NCBI GenBank assembly: GCA_902523675.1
Contig: CABZAL010000002.1
Location: forward strand, 9,890-73,889
Direction of reading: 5' to 3'
Length of the DNA: 64,000 nucleotides
DNA from: an uncultured Alphaproteobacteria bacterium
GTDB taxonomy: Bacteria; Pseudomonadota; Alphaproteobacteria; Methylaequorales; Methylaequoraceae
Positions 44,554 through 54,174 of this stretch are shown one piece after another. The position numbers and the translations under genes were made by a program. Under the pieces are notes generated by a model. The model saw only the letters and a program-made list of their open reading frames with translations. It made no database searches and was not told the origin of the DNA. Every line of letters begins with the position of its first letter. Positions within the stretch are counted from its first letter, which is position 1.

Positions 44554-45018
44554 TTATTTGTTCTTTTTGTTCATATTCCCAAAGTCAATAACTTCTGGCT
44601 TCTGTGCCTGTAAATCGTGATTTTCTTCAGGATAGATTCTTAAATTCCTCATTTGATCTCTAGAAAGCTTATTATTGGACAACATTCTTTTTACTGCTAG
44701 CTTAATTACATCCTCAGGGTTTTTACCACTAATAACTTTTTCAGGGTTTGTCGTTTTAATACCTCCAGGATAACCTGTATGTTTATAGTAAATTTTCTCT
44801 TTTAATTTTTTTCCTTTAAGCTTTATTTTTTTTGCATTAATAACAATCACATTATCCCCACAATCCAAGTGAGGAGTATAGGTTGGCTTGTGTTTACCCT
44901 TTAACAGCTTTGCTACAAACGAAGCTAAACGACCAAGAACCAATCCATCAGCATCAATTAACAACCACGATTTATTAATCTCTTTTTGTTTTAACGAAAA
45001 TGTTTTTAAATTCTCCAT
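44554..45018 (-). CDS. rplM: 50S ribosomal protein L13
   Basis: 154 aa; WLLIDADGLVLGRLASFVAKLLKGKHKPTYTPHLDCGDNVIVINA. Confidence 0.97.
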   Translation of the reverse strand: MENLKTFSLKQKEINKSWLLIDADGLVLGRLASFVAKLLKGKHKPTYTPHLDCGDNVIVINAKKIKLKGKKLKEKIYYKHTGYPGGIKTTNPEKVISGKNPEDVIKLAVKRMLSNNKLSRDQMRNLRIYPEENHDLQAQKPEVIDFGNMNKKNK

Positions 45019-45026
45019 AGATTGTG

Positions 45027-45054
45027 AAAATAACTTAATTTAAAAATGTGTCAA
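45027..45054 (-). promoter_or_regulatory. Putative sigma70-type promoter of rplM-rpsI
   Basis: The minus strand reads TTGACA (45054-45049), a 16-nt spacer, then TATTTT (45032-45027). The -10 element ends only 8 nt before the rplM ATG, which would give a near-leaderless mRNA. A chance match in AT-rich DNA cannot be excluded. Confidence 0.25.
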
Positions 45055-45163
45055 CCATTGATGGAATTTATTTTGATATGTTTATATAAGAGCAACTGGA
45101 TTTGAAAGATCAATCTCTCATCTTCAAATATACAACCCACCAAGTTAAAGTACATCTTAAAAA

Positions 45164-45469
45164 TCAGATAAAATTTTTTATTTTTTTTTGTAACATTTTT
45201 AATTCTATTAATAAATTATCTTCATTTAACTTTTTACTTTTTGATAAAAGTTTTTGAGCTCCTCTAATGGAATAGTGCTCATCATAAAGAAGTTTTTTTA
45301 TTTTGATAAGTAATGCTATATCTTTTGAAGAGTAATATCTTCTCCCTTTATTTTTTTGTATAGGGTTAAGTGAAAAAAACTTTTTTTCCCAAAACCTTAT
45401 TACATGAGATGGAACTTCAAGAACTTTTGAAACCTCGCCTATCGTCTTTAATGCGTCTGGTTCTTTCAT
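45164..45469 (-). CDS. MerR-family transcriptional regulator (small, ihfA-linked)
   Basis: 101 aa with an N-terminal MerR helix-turn-helix (LKTIGEVSKVLEVPSHVIRFWEKKF...GRRYYSSKDIALL). It shares one base with the ihfA stop. Confidence 0.8.
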   Translation of the reverse strand: MKEPDALKTIGEVSKVLEVPSHVIRFWEKKFFSLNPIQKNKGRRYYSSKDIALLIKIKKLLYDEHYSIRGAQKLLSKSKKLNEDNLLIELKMLQKKIKNFI

Positions 45470-45753
45470 TATTTATTAATTTTATTAATTAATGCTGAAG
45501 ATGGTTTAAATTTTATTACTTTTCTTGCAGAAATTGTGAACTCTTCTTTGGTTTTTGGGTTTCTTCCAATTCTACTATTTTTACTTTTTATCGTAAAACT
45601 TCCAAAATTAGCTATTTTTATATTTTTACCTTCTTTTAATGAATATAGAATTTTTGAGAAAAAAGCATCTAAAAAAATAGAACATTCACTTCTTGAAAGG
45701 CCAATAGAGGTATGCAGTTTTTCAATAATTTTTATTTTAGTTAAAACATCCAT
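45469..45753 (-). CDS. ihfA: Integration host factor alpha subunit
   Basis: 94 aa with a DNABII fold; GFGSF-like NFGSFTIKSKNSRIGRNPKTKEEFTISARKVIKFKPS resembles IHF-alpha. Confidence 0.85.
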   Translation of the reverse strand: MDVLTKIKIIEKLHTSIGLSRSECSIFLDAFFSKILYSLKEGKNIKIANFGSFTIKSKNSRIGRNPKTKEEFTISARKVIKFKPSSALINKINK

Positions 45754-45772
45754 AAAAAGTTAAATATACATA

Positions 45773-46735
45773 TTAAATTTTTAAAATACAACTACCCCAT
45801 GTTAAACCTCCGCCTATAGCACATAGAGCAATTAAATTATTTTTTTTAATTTTTCCTTCCAAAACACATGACGATAATGCAAGTGGGATAGAAGCTGCTG
45901 AAGTATTTGCATGTAAATTTACAGTCTTAATCACCTTATTTTCACTAATTCCTAACTTTTTAGCACTGCCATTAATGATTCTTAGATTAGCTTGATGGGG
46001 TATATACCAATCAATTTGATTAATAGTTTTTTTTGATTTTTTTAAACTTAATAAAGTCGATTCTGACAATTTGGTTACAGCTTGTTTAAAAATATCTTTC
46101 CCCTTCATTCTTATCTTTCCTACCTTTTGATCAAGTGATGGACCACCATCAGCGTACAAACTGTCATGCCAGGAACCATCAGAAAATAAATTGGTAGATA
46201 AAATTCCACACTCGGAAGAACTATGGTCAGCAGATATTACCACAGCACCAGCTCCATCTCCAAACAAAACACAAGTTCTTCTATCTTTCCAATCTACAAT
46301 TTTTGATAGTGTTTCAGCTCCAACAACTAAGATATTTTTTGCTTTTTTTGATTTTATTAGAGCGTCTGCTAATTCTAAAGAATAAATAAATCCTGAACAC
46401 ACTGCCTGAACATCAAAAGCAGGTTTATTACCAATAGCCAAACGTGATTGAATTTTACAAGCAGTTGACGGAAAAGTTTGATCTGGTGTAGTTGTAGCAA
46501 CAATTATACAATCAATATCTGAAGATATCAGGTTTGAATTTTTAAGAGCATTTTTGCTTGCTTTAATAGCAAGATCTGATGTAAGTTCATCTTTTTCAGC
46601 TATATGTCTTTGACTAATACCAGTACGCGACAATATCCATTCATCATTTGTATCAACAATCTTTGACATATCATGGTTTGTTAAGATTTTTTTTGGAAGA
46701 TAATGACCAAAACCCTTAATTCTTGAATTTATCAT
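45773..46735 (-). CDS. fabH: 3-oxoacyl-ACP synthase III
   Basis: 320 aa with active-site AVCSGFIY, HQAN and GGGLTWG. It lies downstream of plsX. Confidence 0.95.
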   Translation of the reverse strand: MINSRIKGFGHYLPKKILTNHDMSKIVDTNDEWILSRTGISQRHIAEKDELTSDLAIKASKNALKNSNLISSDIDCIIVATTTPDQTFPSTACKIQSRLAIGNKPAFDVQAVCSGFIYSLELADALIKSKKAKNILVVGAETLSKIVDWKDRRTCVLFGDGAGAVVISADHSSSECGILSTNLFSDGSWHDSLYADGGPSLDQKVGKIRMKGKDIFKQAVTKLSESTLLSLKKSKKTINQIDWYIPHQANLRIINGSAKKLGISENKVIKTVNLHANTSAASIPLALSSCVLEGKIKKNNLIALCAIGGGLTWGSCILKI

Positions 46736-46744
46736 AATTGTTTT

Positions 46745-47758
46745 CTAAATAGTGGATAAAAAGTCTAACTTTTTTTTAATTTCTGAATTATAATTATTTT
46801 CAATTAAACTTATAGCAGCAGATATTGCATTTGAAAAGCCAAAAGAATCAGCTCTTCCATGACTTTTCACAACTATTCCATTCAAACCAAGTAAAACTGC
46901 ACCATTATACTTTCTTGGATCTATTCTAGCCTTAAATCTATTCAGTGCGGGTTTAGAAAGAATATACCCTAACTTTGCAAGTAAGGAACTTTTGAAATAA
47001 CATTGTAAGAAATGCACAATTAATTCAGCTACTCCCTCAGCTGTTTTAAGGGCAATATTTCCAGAAAATCCATCAGTTACAACAACATCAACTATTCCTT
47101 TGTTAATGTCGTTGCCCTCTATAAAACCATGAAAATTAATATGTGATGATAGCTTGTCAAGTTCTTCAAAAGTTTGTTTAACAACTGCATTTCCTTTTAT
47201 TTCTTCTGAGCCAACATTTAAAATTCCAATGCTAGGGGTTTTTGTACCTAACAATGACTTTGAAAATACCTCACCCATTAAAGCAAATTGAACTAAATTA
47301 TCATCGGTACAATCAATGTTAGCCCCAAGATCTAAAATGACTATCTCTCCTTTTAAAGTAGGCATAATTCCTGCTATTGCTGGTCTGCTTATTCCATTAA
47401 TGGTTTTTAAAACAAATTTTGAAATAGCCATTAGTGCTCCTGTGTTTCCAGCGGAGACAAGACCATGACTTTTTTTTTCTTCTACATCATTAACAGCAAG
47501 CCTAAGACTGGATTTTTTTAATTTTCTTAGAGCATTAACAGGTTCGTCATCAGACTTGATATATTCTGAAGTATGAATTATTTCGAAATTTTTTAATAAA
47601 TCAGTTTTAGCAATTTCTACTAATGCTCTTTTCTTGTCACCAAATAATCGAAAATTTACATTTGGATGCAGTTTTGATGCCTCGCTTACTGCTTTTATCA
47701 CAGTTTTAGGACCAAAGTCGCCTCCCATAATATCTACAGCTAAGTTAATTTGACTCAA
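46745..47758 (-). CDS. plsX: Phosphate acyltransferase PlsX
   Basis: 337 aa; VDIMGGDFGP..., VSAGNTGALMA, and rpmF-plsX-fabH context. Confidence 0.95.
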   Translation of the reverse strand: MSQINLAVDIMGGDFGPKTVIKAVSEASKLHPNVNFRLFGDKKRALVEIAKTDLLKNFEIIHTSEYIKSDDEPVNALRKLKKSSLRLAVNDVEEKKSHGLVSAGNTGALMAISKFVLKTINGISRPAIAGIMPTLKGEIVILDLGANIDCTDDNLVQFALMGEVFSKSLLGTKTPSIGILNVGSEEIKGNAVVKQTFEELDKLSSHINFHGFIEGNDINKGIVDVVVTDGFSGNIALKTAEGVAELIVHFLQCYFKSSLLAKLGYILSKPALNRFKARIDPRKYNGAVLLGLNGIVVKSHGRADSFGFSNAISAAISLIENNYNSEIKKKLDFLSTI

Positions 47759-47777
47759 ATTTTTGACCTATTTTTGA

Positions 47778-47987
47778 TTACTCTTCTTCTTCGATTTCTT
47801 CATCTTTTTTGATGATTTCTTTTTTCGAGTTACCGTGTCCGTAAAATCCACATGAAGGACAAACATGATGACTAATCTTTAGATCACCACAATTGTTGCA
47901 TTCGGAAAAATTCAACGGTCCTATTGAATCATGTGATCTCCTTTTATTTCTTCTAGAAGGTGTCGTCTTTCTTTTAGGTACTGCCAT
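47778..47987 (-). CDS. rpmF: 50S ribosomal protein L32 (zinc-ribbon type, acidic C-terminal tail)
   Basis: [20 protein letters not shown]...CNNCG...CPSCG. Confidence 0.95.
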   Translation of the reverse strand: MAVPKRKTTPSRRNKRRSHDSIGPLNFSECNNCGDLKISHHVCPSCGFYGHGNSKKEIIKKDEEIEEEE

Positions 47988-48076
47988 GATATAATTTGTT
48001 TAATTAAAAGTTTCTTATACAAAATCTTAAAATAATAACAATATAAATTTAAAAATTTATTTATTTTTTTATTTTC

Positions 48077-48589
48077 TTAAATATATTTAAAATGAAAATC
48101 AGCATTTTGTACTTGATGTTTTTTTAAATTTCCAAAATATTTTATATTTGTTAAAATATACTTTTCTAGAAATTCATCTAGAATCTTCTCATCACTCAAA
48201 TCTCTAATATTTTTCTTAATAGAACTTCTAATTTTTGCAAATTCTCCTTTTGTTAAATATTTCTCAAAACCTAAAGTATATGAGTTTAATCTTCCAAAAA
48301 AATTTTCGGCTAGAATTTTTATTTTTTTTCCAACTGATAAATCTGATACCCCGAGTTCTCTGAGAGAATTATCTAAATCTTGAAAAAAAATATCCATTAA
48401 TTCTTGAGAAAAATTTACTTCATTATTTTTTTTTAAAGACCATAGAATCAAAATAAGGTTTAGTGACAGTATCTCTAACCTACCATCAAAATCGTTTGAA
48501 ATTTTAAGTTTACTAAAAAAATATGGTTTTCTTGATTGTTCGGCAATTATAGTATAAATGGTTAATGAATTTTGTTTTTTTTTTGACAT
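48077..48589 (-). CDS. Ubiquinol-cytochrome c chaperone (Cbp3-like) family protein
   Basis: 170 aa; IYTIIAEQSRKPYFFSKLKISNDFDGRLEILSLNLILILWSLKK...FFQDLDNSLRELGVSDLSVGKKIKILAENFFGRLNSY fits the Ubiq_cyt_C_chap pattern. It is divergent from bamE, as in other alphaproteobacteria. Confidence 0.7.
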   Translation of the reverse strand: MSKKKQNSLTIYTIIAEQSRKPYFFSKLKISNDFDGRLEILSLNLILILWSLKKNNEVNFSQELMDIFFQDLDNSLRELGVSDLSVGKKIKILAENFFGRLNSYTLGFEKYLTKGEFAKIRSSIKKNIRDLSDEKILDEFLEKYILTNIKYFGNLKKHQVQNADFHFKYI

Positions 48590-48596
48590 TTAATTT

Positions 48597-49073
48597 ATGA
48601 AGTTTAACCAATTTAAATTGTTATTAATTTTTTTAATACTATCTCTCAATACATCTTGTGTAAATACTAAGGTTGTCAATGGACAATTACCTGATGCTAA
48701 TATCTTGACTGCTCTAAAAATTGGAAAAGACAAAAAAAAATTAGTTAAGAAAATGTTAGGTTATCCTTCATTCGAAGGTGATTTAGGAGATAATTCTTTG
48801 TACTATGTCTTTACAGTAAAGCAAAAGTTAGCCTTTCTGGAGCCAAGAGTATTAGACCATAAAGTTCTAGAATTAAAGTTTTCTAAAGACAATATACTAG
48901 AAAATATTAATCTTTATCAAGAAAATGATTTAGAACAAGTAGAAATGTCAAAAAACTTTACTGTGACCTCAGGAAGAAAAATTACTATTTTAGAACAGTT
49001 AATTTCTAATATTGGTGTGCCTGGAATGGGTAGAGGTGGTCCAATAATAGGAAGTGGAAGGGCTTCAGATTAA
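48597..49073 (+). CDS. bamE: Outer membrane protein assembly factor BamE (SmpA/OmlA lipoprotein)
   Basis: 158 aa with a signal peptide and lipobox (LSLNTSC). The [22 protein letters not shown] motif is typical of BamE. Confidence 0.8.
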   Translation: MKFNQFKLLLIFLILSLNTSCVNTKVVNGQLPDANILTALKIGKDKKKLVKKMLGYPSFEGDLGDNSLYYVFTVKQKLAFLEPRVLDHKVLELKFSKDNILENINLYQENDLEQVEMSKNFTVTSGRKITILEQLISNIGVPGMGRGGPIIGSGRASD

Positions 49074-51166
49074 CTTTTAGATAGTAAAGCCAACATCAAT
49101 ATTGACACAATATTAATAATCTTAATCATTGGGTTAATTGCAGGACCAGATGTATCTTTATATGGATCACCTACTGTATCTCCAGTTATTGAAGATTTAT
49201 GTGCTTCCGAATTTTTTCCTCCATGATTACCGTCTTCAATATACTTTTTAGCATTATCCCAAGCTCCACCGCCAGATGTCATTGAGATTGCAACAAATAT
49301 TCCAGTAACAATAGTTCCTAATAATGCAGCTCCTAAGGTAACGAAGGCTGCTTCTTGACCACCAATCAAGAATATTACAAAATAAATTACAAACGGGGCT
49401 AAAACCGGAAGCATTGAAGGAGTAATCATTTCTTTGATTGCAGCTTTGGTTAATATGTCAACTGCTTTACCATATTCTGGCTTACTTCTTCCAGTCATAA
49501 TTCCTTTGTTATCACGAAACTGCCTTCTAACTTCATTAACTATTTTCTGAGCTGTTTTTCCAACAGCTGTCATACCCATTGAACCAAACAAATAAGGTAA
49601 CATACCACCAATGAATAGTCCAATAACAACGTATGGATCTTCCAGAGAAAAATTTACATCTAAAGATGGAAAATAATATTTAAGGTCTTGGGTATATGCA
49701 CCAAATAAAACTAAAGACGCCAAACCTGCAGAACCAATGGCATAACCTTTAGTAACAGCCTTAGTTGTATTTCCAACTGCGTCTAAAGCATCGGTAGTTT
49801 TTCTTACGTTTTCTGGCAAATTTGACATCTCAGCAATACCTCCAGCATTATCCGTAACCGGGCCATATGCATCTAATGCCACAATCATACCAGCAAGTGC
49901 TAACATAGTTGTAGCAGCGACTGCTATTCCATACAAACCAGCAAAGATATATGAGAAAACAATACCGAAGATTATAACAAGTGTCGGCAAAGCTGTTGAT
50001 TGCATTGATATGGCTAATCCTTGAATTATGTTAGTTGCATGACCAGATTCTGATGCTTTTGCCACAGATCTTACTGGAAAATATTCAGTGCTTGTATAAA
50101 ACTCTGTAATCCAAACTAATAAGCCTGTAACAACTAAACCGATCATTGAGCATGTAAATAAGTCTAAGCCATTAAATGAATGAAAGAATAAAGTATTATC
50201 ATTCATAACATAATCTAAACCGATGTGATAGTAAGTAACAGCAAATATCAAAATTACTGACACAGCACCAGTCACAATTAGTCCTTTGTACAAGGCTCCC
50301 ATAATATTTTCTGATTCACCTAATTTTACATAGAATGTTCCTACTAAGGATGAAATTATACAAACTGCTGCAATTAATAAAGGAAACAACATCAAAAGTT
50401 GTTGATCTATATCAGAAAACATTATCATACCTAATGCCATACAACCCACAATAGTAACCGCGTATGTTTCAAATAAGTCAGCTGCCATCCCCGCACAATC
50501 TCCAACATTATCACCAACATTATCCGCTATAACTGCTGGATTTCTTGGATCGTCTTCAGGAATACCAGCTTCTATCTTTCCTACTAAATCAGCTCCTACA
50601 TCTGCTCCCTTGGTAAAAATACCACCACCAAGTCTCGCAAAAATAGAGATTAAGGATGCCCCAAAACTCAGTGCAACCATGGGTTCAATGATATTTCTAC
50701 CACCATTTGGTCCAAAATAAAGATAAAGATAAATGTAATAGCCGATCAAACCTAAGAGACCAAGACCCACGACTAAAAATCCGGTCACAGCACCCGACTT
50801 AAATGAAATATCTAAAGCAGGTTGAATACCACTCTTTGATGCTTCAGCAGTTCTAACATTTGCTCTAACCGATACAAACATTCCAATATATCCTGCTAAA
50901 CCAGACAGGACAGCACCAATTATAAAACCTATTGATACAAAACTACTTATTCCATAAAATAATGCTATAGCTATAATTAAACCTACTATAGCAATTGTTC
51001 CATATTGTCTATTAAGATAAGCTTGGGCACCCTCTTGTATTGCTTTTGCAATTTCTTTCATTTTATCTGTTCCTTCAGGAGCGGATAAAATTGTCTTACA
51101 TGCAACAGCTCCGTAAAGTAAAGAAATAATTGAACAAACTAGTATTAAATAAAATTCTAAAGACAT
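49070..51166 (-). CDS. hppA: Membrane-bound proton-translocating pyrophosphatase (K+-independent type)
   Basis: 698 aa polytopic protein; [70 protein letters not shown]. Confidence 0.97.
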   Translation of the reverse strand: MSLEFYLILVCSIISLLYGAVACKTILSAPEGTDKMKEIAKAIQEGAQAYLNRQYGTIAIVGLIIAIALFYGISSFVSIGFIIGAVLSGLAGYIGMFVSVRANVRTAEASKSGIQPALDISFKSGAVTGFLVVGLGLLGLIGYYIYLYLYFGPNGGRNIIEPMVALSFGASLISIFARLGGGIFTKGADVGADLVGKIEAGIPEDDPRNPAVIADNVGDNVGDCAGMAADLFETYAVTIVGCMALGMIMFSDIDQQLLMLFPLLIAAVCIISSLVGTFYVKLGESENIMGALYKGLIVTGAVSVILIFAVTYYHIGLDYVMNDNTLFFHSFNGLDLFTCSMIGLVVTGLLVWITEFYTSTEYFPVRSVAKASESGHATNIIQGLAISMQSTALPTLVIIFGIVFSYIFAGLYGIAVAATTMLALAGMIVALDAYGPVTDNAGGIAEMSNLPENVRKTTDALDAVGNTTKAVTKGYAIGSAGLASLVLFGAYTQDLKYYFPSLDVNFSLEDPYVVIGLFIGGMLPYLFGSMGMTAVGKTAQKIVNEVRRQFRDNKGIMTGRSKPEYGKAVDILTKAAIKEMITPSMLPVLAPFVIYFVIFLIGGQEAAFVTLGAALLGTIVTGIFVAISMTSGGGAWDNAKKYIEDGNHGGKNSEAHKSSITGDTVGDPYKDTSGPAINPMIKIINIVSILMLALLSKS

Positions 51167-51231
51167 GGAACCTCAAATTAAAAATTTACAGGATTCTTAT
51201 ATAACAAATAATCATTTATATCAAACTTTCT

Positions 51232-52212
51232 TTAAAAATGACTGAATCCTGAAAAATTAAGTTTAATTTTTGTTAAATCTTTCTGATAAATATTTATTTG
51301 TCTATCATTTCTTATACTTCCAACTTTAAAAAGTTTATGATGAGTTTTGTTTTTTTCAAACACCTTTTTCTTTTTTGACGACATTGAAAAAACTAATTCA
51401 TAATCCTCACCCCAATTTAATACTAATTCCCAGAATTTCTTCTTATCTGAAAAAAGTTTATAGATTGATTGTAAAGTTTTTGAAATCGGAATTTCTGATA
51501 AATAGATATCAGCCCCCAAATTTGAAAATTTTAAAATTTTTTTTAAATCAGAGATTAAGCCATCTGAAATATCTGTGCATGCATCCGCATACCCGACCAA
51601 TGCTTGACTTAGTTCTAAGTTTGGCTTTGGCAAAAAATATTTTTGCTTTAATTTTTTTAATGAACTTATATTTATTTTGTTTTTAATGAAATTATATTTT
51701 TTGTCATTTTCACACAGATAACCAAATACAGCATCTCCAATATTACCTGAAACATAAATATCAGATTTCTTTTTTGCAGAAGTCATTAAATGAATTCCCT
51801 TGGAAACTTTTCCAAAAATTGTAATAGACATAAATATTTTTTCTGATTTTGACAAATCACCACCAAAAAGTTTTAATCCATAATTCTTTTGTTCCTTCTC
51901 TAGTCCAGAAATAAATTTGTTAATCCATTGCGAGGCATTTTTCTGCGGGATGGCTAAATTGAGAGTATAACCATAAGGCTTAGCACCCATTGCTGCAAGA
52001 TCTGAGATGTTAATTCTTATCAGTTTTCTTGCCAATAATTCAGGTGGATCATTCTTAAAAAAATGAATTTTTTCTATCATCATATCAGTTGAGATAACTA
52101 TTTTCTTTCTTCCAAAATCAACTTCTGCTGCGTCATTTTTTAGATTCGCAGATTGTTTGTTCAAAGAAAGTTTTGAAAAATATTTATGAATAAAAAATTG
52201 TTCTTTGTTCAT
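51232..52212 (-). CDS. thiL: Thiamine-monophosphate kinase
   Basis: 326 aa AIR-synthase-like protein; NDAAEV...ISTDMMIEKIHF...INISDLAAMGAKP. It follows nusB. Confidence 0.88.
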   Translation of the reverse strand: MNKEQFFIHKYFSKLSLNKQSANLKNDAAEVDFGRKKIVISTDMMIEKIHFFKNDPPELLARKLIRINISDLAAMGAKPYGYTLNLAIPQKNASQWINKFISGLEKEQKNYGLKLFGGDLSKSEKIFMSITIFGKVSKGIHLMTSAKKKSDIYVSGNIGDAVFGYLCENDKKYNFIKNKINISSLKKLKQKYFLPKPNLELSQALVGYADACTDISDGLISDLKKILKFSNLGADIYLSEIPISKTLQSIYKLFSDKKKFWELVLNWGEDYELVFSMSSKKKKVFEKNKTHHKLFKVGSIRNDRQINIYQKDLTKIKLNFSGFSHF

Positions 52213-52213
52213 T

Positions 52214-52678
52214 TTATCGTCTGCTCAATTGATCATATATACTTTGAATTAAGCCATTTACAAACGAGCTTTCATTTTTAGAAAAAAAAGATTCTGTTAA
52301 TATTATGTATTCACTCGCTATAATTTTAATTGATAATTTTGGGAATTCTAACATTTCTGCAACGGCAATTTTAATAATTGCTTGTACTACTTTTGGTAAT
52401 CTTATAATTGTCCAATCATCTTTAAGGTTAGATTCTATCAGTTTATCAATTTTTATCTTTTTATTTTGGTAAGTTTTAATTAATGAGTTAAAGTAATTTT
52501 TATCTACATATAAATTAGATTTTTCATAAGAATTTTCAAAATCAAAAATAACATTTTTTACATGAAAACTATTAAACTCAAACAAAATTTCTTCTAAATT
52601 TTGCCCTGTTTCAATGTATTTATACATTGCTTGAACTGATAAATATCTGGCTAAAGAAATATGAGTTTTTTCTCTCAT
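52214..52678 (-). CDS. nusB: Transcription antitermination factor NusB
   Basis: 154 aa; ARYLSVQAMYKY... and the ribH-nusB-thiL context. Confidence 0.88.
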   Translation of the reverse strand: MREKTHISLARYLSVQAMYKYIETGQNLEEILFEFNSFHVKNVIFDFENSYEKSNLYVDKNYFNSLIKTYQNKKIKIDKLIESNLKDDWTIIRLPKVVQAIIKIAVAEMLEFPKLSIKIIASEYIILTESFFSKNESSFVNGLIQSIYDQLSRR

Positions 52679-52679
52679 T

Positions 52680-53102
52680 TCATTTTAGTTGTTTTATCAT
52701 CTTGAAACATACATGAGCTGCATTCCCACCTATATTTTTTTTTTTGATATCAGCTCTTTCTTTAGCTTGCAAAATATTTTCTACTGTTAACAACCCAAAT
52801 CCAAGCGCAAGCTTATCCCTATTAACTATTTTATATATCTCAGACGCTGTGATTTCTTGCACTAAGTCATAATGGGTTGTTTCTCCTCTAATCACGCAAC
52901 CCAAAATTATAAATCCATCGTATTTTTTTTTATATCTTTCCAAGACTACAGGCATTTCCAAAGCTCCAGGGACCGTTATTTTTTTGTATTCAGATTTCAT
53001 TTGTTTAATCACATTTTTTGCACCTAAAAATAATTTTCTGGAAATACTTTCATAATAATTAGATTCGATCACAAGAATTTTTAAATTTTTCATTTTAATC
53101 AA
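52680..53102 (-). CDS. ribH: 6,7-dimethyl-8-ribityllumazine synthase
   Basis: 140 aa; VPGALEMPVV...GCVIRGETTHYDLV.... Confidence 0.92.
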   Translation of the reverse strand: MIKMKNLKILVIESNYYESISRKLFLGAKNVIKQMKSEYKKITVPGALEMPVVLERYKKKYDGFIILGCVIRGETTHYDLVQEITASEIYKIVNRDKLALGFGLLTVENILQAKERADIKKKNIGGNAAHVCFKMIKQLK

Positions 53103-54174
53103 GCTTCTTGTTATGTTTTATGCGAATACCAAAACCATCAATACCTATGATACTTTTATTTTTGTTCGTTAATAAAATAATATTTTTTACACCAATTTTT
53201 ATTAATATTTGAGCACCGATTCCATATTCTTTTAAAATCATTTTATCATTTTGAGAACTCTTATTATTGTCTGACATAATTTCCTTTTTTGGATTTCTTA
53301 GAATAACTATAACTCCTTTACCATTGTTATTTATCAATTCCATAGATTTATCCAACTCATTGTTATTTTTTAAGTCCAAAAAATCGTCGAAAATATTGAA
53401 AGTGTGCATTCTTACTAGAACATCGTCTTTTTTGTTAATTTTACCTTTTATTAATGCTAAATGTTGTGTTCCATCGATCTTATTTGAAAAAACATGTAAA
53501 TTAAATAACCCAAAAGATTTTATATTAATCTTTTTTTTTTGTATGAATTCAACGAAATTCTCTTTACGTATTCTATATTCAATCAAGTCCTTTATGGAAG
53601 ATATTTTCAATTTATGTTTTATACAAAATTTTTTTAAATCTTTTAACCTTGCCATAGAACCGTCATCATTCATAATTTCACAAATAACCCCACCAGATTT
53701 TCTTCCAGAAAGTCTTGCTAAGTCGACTGCAGCTTCTGTGTGACCTGCCCTCACTAAAACTCCACCTTCTTTAGACACTAAAGGAAAAATATGTCCAGGT
53801 GAAACTAAATCCTCAGATGAAGATTTTTCAGATACAGCAACTTCTATAGTTTTAGATCTATCCATTGCGCTTATACCTGTTGTAACACCTTTTTTTGCTT
53901 CGATTGAGACTGTAAATGCTGTTTTGTGACGACTTAAATTACTCTCAGACATAAGTTTTAAATTCAGTTTGTCTGCTCTTTGTTTACTTAATGCAAGGCA
54001 AATTAGACCTCTGGCGTATTTAGCCATAAAATTAATTTTTTCTGCTGTTACTTTATCAGCACTAAAAATTAGATCACCCTCATTTTCTCTATTTTCATCA
54101 TCAACAATAACAACCATTCTTCCCTGAGAGAGATCTCTTAATATTTCTTCAATGGGTGAAAAAGAAAAAGACAT
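53095..54174 (-). CDS. ribB: 3,4-dihydroxy-2-butanone-4-phosphate synthase fused to a degenerate GTP cyclohydrolase II-like domain (RibBX type)
   Basis: 359 aa. The N-terminal half has DHBP synthase motifs (DDENRENEGDLIFSA, GHIFPL, RAGHTEAAVDLA). The C-terminal half is GCH II-like but contains no cysteines at all. Confidence 0.88.
   Translation of the reverse strand: MSFSFSPIEEILRDLSQGRMVVIVDDENRENEGDLIFSADKVTAEKINFMAKYARGLICLALSKQRADKLNLKLMSESNLSRHKTAFTVSIEAKKGVTTGISAMDRSKTIEVAVSEKSSSEDLVSPGHIFPLVSKEGGVLVRAGHTEAAVDLARLSGRKSGGVICEIMNDDGSMARLKDLKKFCIKHKLKISSIKDLIEYRIRKENFVEFIQKKKINIKSFGLFNLHVFSNKIDGTQHLALIKGKINKKDDVLVRMHTFNIFDDFLDLKNNNELDKSMELINNNGKGVIVILRNPKKEIMSDNNKSSQNDKMILKEYGIGAQILIKIGVKNIILLTNKNKSIIGIDGFGIRIKHNKKLD

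Noticed and set aside
45102-45127. Imperfect hairpin (TTGAAAGAT-9 nt-ATCTTCAA) downstream of the merR-like gene as a possible terminator
   Set aside because: The stem is A/T-only with a bulge, and no U-tract follows on the minus strand. It cannot be told apart from chance in AT-rich sequence.
53267-53743. 158-aa plus-strand ORF opposite ribBX, and the similar 139-aa ORF at 62586-63005 opposite the glycerate kinase
   Set aside because: These are antisense shadow frames in AT-rich coding DNA with low-complexity F/L/I/S composition. The minus-strand genes have clear family motifs.
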